IMG/VR virus record: IMGVR_UViG_3300032236_002285
Location: 310,001 to 374,000 of that record
DNA: 64,000 nucleotides
Reading direction: 5' to 3' (one strand)
Shown here: positions 57,650 to 64,000 of the stretch, piece by piece
Layout: each line of letters starts with the position of its first letter
Position numbering within the stretch: the first letter of the stretch is position 1
Position numbers and translations under genes: made by a program
Notes under the pieces: generated by a model
The model's input: the letters and a program-made list of their open reading frames with translations, nothing else
Told to the model about the DNA's origin: nothing
Databases searched by the model: none

Positions 57650-57997
57650 TTATTTTTTAATATTACCATATCTTTCTAATGGCTCACCAAAATTAATATC
57701 TGTTATACGACTTGGAAAATTCATATTTTTAATCTTTTCAAGTTCATAACCCAGTGACATCTTTGACATCTTTGAAATATCCATACCATTGAATTTAATA
57801 TTATCTAGAAATTGCTCAGCCATCTGTTCTCTAATATCAGCTTTGTGTATTCTACTGGCAACCTCTTCTATATTATTTAGGTCTGTTGTAGATACACAAT
57901 CAGTTACTTCTATTTTACCACTCTCTGGGTTATATACATGTTTCTTGTAAGTTACTGTTTTACTTGAACTCTCATTAAACTTATTTAAGTGCTTCAT
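57650..57997 (-). CDS. Hypothetical protein with CTS-like N-terminus (MKHLNKFNES)
   Basis: ORF track. Confidence 0.7.
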   Translation of the reverse strand: MKHLNKFNESSSKTVTYKKHVYNPESGKIEVTDCVSTTDLNNIEEVASRIHKADIREQMAEQFLDNIKFNGMDISKMSKMSLGYELEKIKNMNFPSRITDINFGEPLERYGNIKK

Positions 57998-58006
57998 TAT
58001 TACTTA

Positions 58007-59056
58007 TTAATTTTTATTTATAATTGATTCGTTTTGATAGTTGTGATTTAAAGTAATTCTTAAAAAAGTTCTTCTTTTACCTTTACTGATTAACAATGTT
58101 TCGTGAGGTGTATTACTTGACATAAAGTATAATTGATTCTTTTCAAAAATAACTTTTCTATCGTCAGTTAATTGTTCTTCCATTTTTTCAAATGAACCTT
58201 CTGACATAATTTCACCGTGAAAATCACCTGTCCAAGCTTGACATCCAACTTCAGTTGATACTGTTAAAATACCACCTTTTGAAGATGAAACATATTCAGA
58301 AACAGGGATAGTAATATCATAAGGTAAAACCCAGTCCATTTTGACGTGAGAGTTATCTGGTTGTGCTTCAAATTGTGACTCTCTAACTAAAGAGTAAACA
58401 TCATTATCACCTTTTACTAAAGAGTATTTAGGATAAGAAACTGATTCGTAAGAAGCACCACCCCAACTTGGTCTTGGTTCAGCACCACCCCAAGATGATT
58501 TGATATCTTCAACATTTTCTGAATCATAAGTAGCTCCACCCCAAGATGGCCTTGGTTCAGCACCACCCCAAGAAGATTTTGATGGTTCTTGATAAGAAGC
58601 ACCACCCCAAGATGAAGAATTATCATCATAACTAGCACCACCCCAAGAAGCTTTCTCTGTAATAGCTGATGAGAAATAAGGATCAACACAGAAGTTACCA
58701 TCAATATGAACACCTTCTCTTCTCAAGAACTCATCAGTTGTAAAGAATTTAGTATCTATTGTAACATAGTGAGTGTTAGCACCTTCTTGTAAAGGAATAT
58801 ATTTTAGAACTTCATTGAAAGATTCTTCCCATTGTTTGAACCCTTCTGGTAAAGAAACCCAAGAACCATTGTTTTCAAATGGCATAACACTTAATTTGAA
58901 ATCACCGGTATTTGGGTCTGGTAGAATAACCTCACCTAAGTTTTTAACACTTGTTCTGTGATAGTTAACATTCTCAATAAGCATTTTTTTAGATTTACTT
59001 TCAGGTTTTGATAGTAAACTTTCTTTGAATTTTAATAAGTTTTTTAGATACTTCAT
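58007..59056 (-). CDS. 2OG-Fe(II) dioxygenase-like protein with internal SWGGA repeats and CTS-like N-terminus
   Basis: GVHID (HxD), PHE, RRTFLRI; six SWGGA units; starts MKYLKNLLKFKES. Confidence 0.6.
   Translation of the reverse strand: MKYLKNLLKFKESLLSKPESKSKKMLIENVNYHRTSVKNLGEVILPDPNTGDFKLSVMPFENNGSWVSLPEGFKQWEESFNEVLKYIPLQEGANTHYVTIDTKFFTTDEFLRREGVHIDGNFCVDPYFSSAITEKASWGGASYDDNSSSWGGASYQEPSKSSWGGAEPRPSWGGATYDSENVEDIKSSWGGAEPRPSWGGASYESVSYPKYSLVKGDNDVYSLVRESQFEAQPDNSHVKMDWVLPYDITIPVSEYVSSSKGGILTVSTEVGCQAWTGDFHGEIMSEGSFEKMEEQLTDDRKVIFEKNQLYFMSSNTPHETLLISKGKRRTFLRITLNHNYQNESIINKN
58445..58655 (-). repeat. Six SWGGA-coding repeats, including a duplicated KSSWGGAEPRPSWGGA unit
   Basis: Repeated (A/G)CACCACCCCAA on the plus strand. 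Confidence 0.85.
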
Positions 59057-59059
59057 AAA

Positions 59060-59314
59060 TTACATTTCTATTTTTTCAACGTCATTTAAATCGACATTGT
59101 ATTCTTTTCCGTTAATCTCAACGGTGATTAAACCATCTTGATCAATATCAACTGGAGTCATACCTTCTTCAGGTTTATTTTCAGGAAAATCATGAACAAT
59201 TGTAGCATAAATAAGACCTCTATTTTTTATACAGTTTATAATATCCTCTTGTGTTATAAGAGTTCCTTCTTCATTGTTCTTCTTAAAATCCTCAAAAAGT
59301 TTCATCCATTTCAT
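59060..59314 (-). CDS. Hypothetical protein with CTS-like N-terminus (MKWMKLFEDF)
   Basis: ATG 59314 follows TAATATATA at 59320-59328. Confidence 0.7.
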   Translation of the reverse strand: MKWMKLFEDFKKNNEEGTLITQEDIINCIKNRGLIYATIVHDFPENKPEEGMTPVDIDQDGLITVEINGKEYNVDLNDVEKIEM

Positions 59315-59319
59315 GAGTT

Positions 59320-59341
59320 TATATATTAAATTTAATATATA
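59320..59341. promoter_or_regulatory. Back-to-back divergent TAATATATA late promoters
   Basis: Minus-strand copy at 59320-59328 and plus-strand copy at 59333-59341. Confidence 0.65.
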
Positions 59342-59362
59342 CATAAAAATATTTCTCAATAA

Positions 59363-62300
59363 ATGGCATTACAATGGCAAGGAGGCTGGGTTGGCTCTGG
59401 GGCACCTGGTACAAGTTTAGTAACATATTATACGGGCGATGTTGTATTATATGAAAATATATCATATGTCGTTCAAAAAAATGTAATATCGGTTCCTATA
59501 GGATCACCGCCACCTCCAAATGATATGTCTAATTGGGATGTACTTGTTGCCGGTGGTACTTCAGGATCTTCTGGTACATCAGGTGTTGGTGGTGGAAGCG
59601 GTACTTCTGGTTCAGACGGATCTTCAGGATCAAGTGGTACTTCAGGATCAAGTGGTATTAATGGTGTTTCAGGCTCTGCTGGATCTTCCGGTACATCAGG
59701 TGTTAATGGTAGTTCTGGATCTGCTGGATCAAGTGGTACATCTGGATATGGAATTCCAACAGGTGGTACATCTGGTCAGGTTTTGGCTAAAATAGACGGT
59801 ACTAATTATAATACACAATGGATTAATCAAACAGGTGGTGTTGGTTCTGGTACATCTGGTACTTCAGGAGTTAATGGTGGTGGATACCTAAAGATGACAC
59901 AACTATTGGATAATGTACAAGCTACATCAAGATCCGGTTCAACCATAGTAACTGAATGGACGACATCATATACATCAGTTGCTGGTAGTACATTAATGTT
60001 TAATCTTAGCTTCACTGCATATGTTCCTTCAAGTGGAGCCACAAAACAATTCGATCTCTTAGTAGATAGTAGTGTAGTAGCATCTACAACATTTTTCTTT
60101 AATCAAACAAATGTTCACACAACAATACCTTGTTTATTTAATGTTGAAAGTTTATCAGCAGGTACTCATACCATTCAAATAAGAATTCCAGCTGGTGTGG
60201 TTGTAGATACTGGTGATTATGCAAAAATGACAGTTATAGAAACAATGAGTGATGGTGTTACTGGCACATCTGGTTCAAGTGGTACATCAGGTACTACATT
60301 GAATTTTGCTGCTAGTTATATGAGAGGTTCTCGCTCAACTCAACAAGCAACAGGTTTAACCGCTGGTAGTAGAGTTGTATTCACACAAACAGATAACTCA
60401 ACTGGATCTGATATATCATTAAATACAAGTACTGGTCAAATTACACTTTCTTCTGGTAAAACATATAGAATTTTAGGACAAGTTCCTAATATAACTAGCA
60501 CTGGAGGAAATTTGGCACTTTGTTGGTACAATGAAACTGCCGGTGCTTATATAGGTAGTCTATCATCAATATACTCACCTACTAATGGTGCTGGTTATGC
60601 GGCTTTTGGTGGTCTATCAGAAGTATTATTAACCACATCTACATCTACGATAATATCATATAGAATAACAAACAACAATTCAGTAACAGGGTTAGGTGGA
60701 AACACTGACTTCACAACCACAGGATCTTATCCATGGTTTGATATTGAAGTTATATCTGGATATTCTCCATTGGTTAATGGTACTTCAGGTTCTGCTGGCA
60801 CTTCTGGCTCCTCTGGTTCAAGTGGTACTAGTGGATCATCAGGTGTTAATGGTAGCTCAGGTCAAACTGGGTCAAATGGTTCGTCAGGTACTTCAGGATC
60901 AAGTGGATCATCTGGGTCGAGTGGATCATCTGGGTCGAGTGGATCATCAGGATCAAGTGGTACTTCTGGTACAAGTCCAACTGGAGTTGCTGTATCTGTA
61001 GTATATCCATCATTGTTACTTGCCTCAAATAGTGCTGACCAAAGTGGTGTAGGAAATGGAACAGCTGTAGCTTTCCAAACAACAAACGCTTCTAATGGTT
61101 CTTTAATTACAAAAACATCAAATACTCAAGTAACTCTAACTGGTGGTAAAACATACAAATTGGAAGCAATCATTAGAAGATTCGTATCAAACTCAACATG
61201 GGGTACTTTTAAATGGTATGATGTTACAAACAGTGCTTATGTTGGTATTGAAGGGTTTGGTGAAGTTACTACAAGTAGTCAACCAGTAGCATCTACAGCT
61301 ATTGCTACTTATATTGTGACACCACCAATAAATACAACATATGAATTAAGACAAACAACCGCAAATAGTATTACTGTTAGTGGGGGGTATGCTAGTTATG
61401 AGATTATACAATTAGATCCAACTATAATGGTTAATAATGGAACTTCTGGATCATCGGGTACTTCGGGTTCTTCTGGATCAAGTGGTTCATCTGGTACTTC
61501 AGGTTCATCAGGTGTTACTGGAAACTCATCACTTTTAATTAGAAAACATAGTGCTACACAGAGCATTCCAACATCAAGTGACACAGTGGTTCTATTTGAT
61601 ACTTTAAAATCAAGTTCTGGAAGTCAAACTCTTACTTATAGTAATGGTACATTCTCCAATACCTCATCAACAACAAGAACGTATATTGTTGAAGCTACTA
61701 TATCATTTGCTCTAAATTCGACAGGTACTAGAGCGGTCTATATTGGTTTAAATTCGGCTAGTACTGCCTTACCAGAAAACAGATATGCAGAAACATTAAT
61801 TCAAACTGCAACTTCAGATGGTACTGGTATAAATGTTTGTGGAAGCATACAATTAGCACCTAGTGAATATTTTAAGATTTACACATGGCAATCAAGTGGG
61901 GGTAATTTAACTATTGGTAATTCAGTGGGTTTTAATGGTTGTCAAGTAACAATTCAAGAAACAGCAGGTTCTGGTACTTCTGGATCATCAGGAACATCTG
62001 GATCAAGTGGCTCATCAGGCTCTTCTGGATTAAATGGCACTTCAGGTTCAAGTGGCACTTCAGGTTCAAGCGGAACATCTGGATCAAGTGGTTCATCCGG
62101 AACAAGCTACAATGGAACATCAAACTATTTATATGCTACAAGAACTGTAACACAAACAATCGCTTCAGGTACTTGGTCTAATAGAGATATTATATTTAAT
62201 ACTAAAAATACTGGTAGTGGTATAACTTATGCGACTGCTAGTGGTATTGCTTCTTTAACAGGTGGTAGAGTTTATAAAATAAATGCTGGTGTTTCTTGGA

Positions 62301-63286
62301 ATATATTTGCTAGTAATTATGTATTACAAATTGGATTATATGATAGTTCTAATAACTTATTAAGTCCGGTATTTGAAAGTTTACCACCAACATCAACCAG
62401 TAACAATGTATCTGAACAGATGCTTGATTTTATATATGCTCCTGTAAGTAATACTGATGTTAAAATTAGAACAACTGGTAATACTACAGCTTTGAGTGGT
62501 GAAAATGTTAGAGGTGATGTTGCTACTTTCTTCTCTATTGTTGAAGTTGGTAATAACTCAGGTACAAGTGGTTTACTTTCATTAACTGGTGCGACAAATA
62601 ATGGTTTAATTACATTAAATGGTTCAGCTCCTAATGGTACAGTTGAATCTAATCTAACATTTGATGGTACAACTTTAACAGTTACAGGTACGGTGAGTAC
62701 TACAAATAACGCTACTTTTGGTGGTCAAATAACAATTGGTAAAACAACTGCTGCACTTAATGAAGGAGGTCAGATTGATTTAGCAACTGCACCAAGTGGT
62801 GGTTTAACTGGTAGTACTGTTACTTTAGATATTTATGCTGATAAATTTAGAATATTTGAAGCTGGTGGTAATAATAGAGGTGTTAGTATTGACCTTAGTA
62901 AGGCTCCTAATACTGTTGGTGGTGAATTGATGTGGAAAACTGGTGGTTATGTGAATGCGGGTTCGTATGTAACTTTAGATAACTTAAAAGCAACAGTAAC
63001 AACATCGGGTAATCGTGGGTTAAGTTTGGCTACTGTAGCAGGAACAGTTAGTAGTACAATAAGTGGTTCATATGCACTCTATGCTGGTGGTATCAGTGGT
63101 ACATCTAATGCTTTAACAATAACAACAACAGCAAGTAGTTCATTATTTAGTTGGAACTTTACTGGTCAAGGTGACACAGCAACATATATTATTAATGATA
63201 CGACAAATAGTAGAGTATATCGTATAATATTAATGATAGGTGGTAGTTATAATAATAACTTGATTACAATTGAAAGATTAGTTTAA
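59363..63286 (+). CDS. Tail-fibre/virion-surface-like protein with Gly-Ser-Thr repeat linkers and beta-sandwich domains
   Basis: N-terminal CBM5/12-like motif (W...Y.TGDVV.Y...W); several GSSGTS blocks between C1q/BclA-like domains; late promoter upstream. Confidence 0.7.
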   Translation: MALQWQGGWVGSGAPGTSLVTYYTGDVVLYENISYVVQKNVISVPIGSPPPPNDMSNWDVLVAGGTSGSSGTSGVGGGSGTSGSDGSSGSSGTSGSSGINGVSGSAGSSGTSGVNGSSGSAGSSGTSGYGIPTGGTSGQVLAKIDGTNYNTQWINQTGGVGSGTSGTSGVNGGGYLKMTQLLDNVQATSRSGSTIVTEWTTSYTSVAGSTLMFNLSFTAYVPSSGATKQFDLLVDSSVVASTTFFFNQTNVHTTIPCLFNVESLSAGTHTIQIRIPAGVVVDTGDYAKMTVIETMSDGVTGTSGSSGTSGTTLNFAASYMRGSRSTQQATGLTAGSRVVFTQTDNSTGSDISLNTSTGQITLSSGKTYRILGQVPNITSTGGNLALCWYNETAGAYIGSLSSIYSPTNGAGYAAFGGLSEVLLTTSTSTIISYRITNNNSVTGLGGNTDFTTTGSYPWFDIEVISGYSPLVNGTSGSAGTSGSSGSSGTSGSSGVNGSSGQTGSNGSSGTSGSSGSSGSSGSSGSSGSSGSSGTSGTSPTGVAVSVVYPSLLLASNSADQSGVGNGTAVAFQTTNASNGSLITKTSNTQVTLTGGKTYKLEAIIRRFVSNSTWGTFKWYDVTNSAYVGIEGFGEVTTSSQPVASTAIATYIVTPPINTTYELRQTTANSITVSGGYASYEIIQLDPTIMVNNGTSGSSGTSGSSGSSGSSGTSGSSGVTGNSSLLIRKHSATQSIPTSSDTVVLFDTLKSSSGSQTLTYSNGTFSNTSSTTRTYIVEATISFALNSTGTRAVYIGLNSASTALPENRYAETLIQTATSDGTGINVCGSIQLAPSEYFKIYTWQSSGGNLTIGNSVGFNGCQVTIQETAGSGTSGSSGTSGSSGSSGSSGLNGTSGSSGTSGSSGTSGSSGSSGTSYNGTSNYLYATRTVTQTIASGTWSNRDIIFNTKNTGSGITYATASGIASLTGGRVYKINAGVSWNIFASNYVLQIGLYDSSNNLLSPVFESLPPTSTSNNVSEQMLDFIYAPVSNTDVKIRTTGNTTALSGENVRGDVATFFSIVEVGNNSGTSGLLSLTGATNNGLITLNGSAPNGTVESNLTFDGTTLTVTGTVSTTNNATFGGQITIGKTTAALNEGGQIDLATAPSGGLTGSTVTLDIYADKFRIFEAGGNNRGVSIDLSKAPNTVGGELMWKTGGYVNAGSYVTLDNLKATVTTSGNRGLSLATVAGTVSSTISGSYALYAGGISGTSNALTITTTASSSLFSWNFTGQGDTATYIINDTTNSRVYRIILMIGGSYNNNLITIERLV

Positions 63287-63323
63287 CATTTTTAATATAT
63301 AAGAAAGAAATAATATTTACAAT

Positions 63324-64000
63324 ATGAAATACTTAAAAAGATTTAACGAAGAACTTAAACCAAGTACATATATGTCTGCTGCTAAAAAGCTAACAGCAAT
63401 TGGTCATACAGGTAGAGCCAATGCTCTAAAAGATTGGGCGAATGAAACTGAAAAAAGAGAAGAGATGTCTAAGTGGAAGGATCGTTTACAAGACTATGGT
63501 CTTTTTGGTTCTTATAAGATGAATATTGTTAATCCAGAAACTGAAGAAAAATTTACAGGTGATTTTTACTTAGATATTAATTTTGATGAAATGGCATTTG
63601 AGGATAGCTTTGAATATGAGAAAGAAAATAATCCAGATAATATTAAAGGTGTTTCTATTTTATTTTTTATTGGTTTAATTCCAACATCTGAAGAAACACT
63701 TAGAAAATGTATGGAGATTATGCCTTGTGCAGAGTTTGGTAATGGTATGTTCTGGGGTATGAGTTGTGGTTTAGACTTACAAATTCTAAACGATAGATTA
63801 ACATTTACTAAATTCAGTTTAGATGATTATGATGATAACCTATCAGGTAATGTTTCTTTTGCTGATAGAGCTTCTGCTGGTAAATTCAAAACTTTATTAA
63901 AGAATATATTTAGTAATCCAGAATTAAACTATCCAAGTGGATATACAGATGTTGAATATATGTACCAAAAATTAGAACAAGTAGTTTGTATTAGACAATC
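63324..64000 (+). CDS. Hypothetical protein with CTS-like N-terminus (MKYLKRFNEE), runs off the window
   Basis: Not in ORF track. Open from ATG 63324 to the window end; TAATATATA at 63293-63301. Confidence 0.75.
   Translation, partial: MKYLKRFNEELKPSTYMSAAKKLTAIGHTGRANALKDWANETEKREEMSKWKDRLQDYGLFGSYKMNIVNPETEEKFTGDFYLDINFDEMAFEDSFEYEKENNPDNIKGVSILFFIGLIPTSEETLRKCMEIMPCAEFGNGMFWGMSCGLDLQILNDRLTFTKFSLDDYDDNLSGNVSFADRASAGKFKTLLKNIFSNPELNYPSGYTDVEYMYQKLEQVVCIRQ

Noticed and set aside
59550-62105. CRISPR-like or DNA tandem repeat array
   Set aside because: The repeats are in-frame Gly/Ser/Thr codons with synonymous variation and no unique spacers.
1480-62181. Many short antisense or alternate-frame ORFs in the track (e.g. 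1480, 3255, 7894, 16351, 28778, 43154, 55368, 55382, 55530, 58417, 60696)
   Set aside because: They are fully nested in well-supported genes and have shadow-frame composition (L/I/F/V-rich mirrors of repeats).
1-64000. Genome-wide TAG reassignment (code 15) suggested by the CUA tRNA
   Set aside because: Long conserved genes (dnaK, both topoisomerase subunits, the 1307-aa fibre) are intact under code 11. Several genes end in TAG exactly where the protein or its tag ends. Recoding elsewhere in the genome cannot be excluded.
1-64000. Giant eukaryotic virus (NCLDV) or host chromosome origin, suggested by the R2, Hsp70 and DOT1-like genes
   Set aside because: Bacterial-type DnaK/GrpE/NusG, Bacteroidota promoters, intrinsic terminators, a T9SS CTD, a gp13-like neck gene and an amidase point to a bacteriophage.

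Overview
This AT-rich, densely coding window is best read as part of a jumbo (T4-like, myovirus-type) phage that infects Bacteroidota. Phage evidence: a gp13-like neck protein, split T4-type topoisomerase II subunits, an Rnl1-like RNA ligase, RNase H, free-standing homing endonucleases, an amidase endolysin and a Gly/Ser-repeat fibre. Host evidence: many Bacteroidota TAnnTTTG promoters and a T9SS type-B cargo protein. It also carries host-like genes: nrdB, deoC, a complete dnaK/dnaJ/grpE set, nusG, uvsE, a rhomboid, an LpxH-like gene and a (p)ppGpp hydrolase-like HD protein. The main signals missed by the ORF track are: (1) an approximately 219-nt minimal RNase P RNA at 44982-45200; (2) about 27 unrelated proteins sharing a terminal R-[DENQ]-x-K-[LI]-x-x-[ILV]-[LI] helix, mostly under host-type promoters; (3) a mutually exclusive set of about 14 late proteins with a T4 capsid-targeting-like N-terminal tag, behind a TAATATATA promoter; (4) an atypical CUA-anticodon tRNA in a window that still uses TAG as a stop; (5) two further structured intergenic RNAs, one containing a near-exact copy of the 23S rRNA helix 69 / I-CeuI sequence. 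All assignments come from manual motif reading and base-pairing; no database searches were run.
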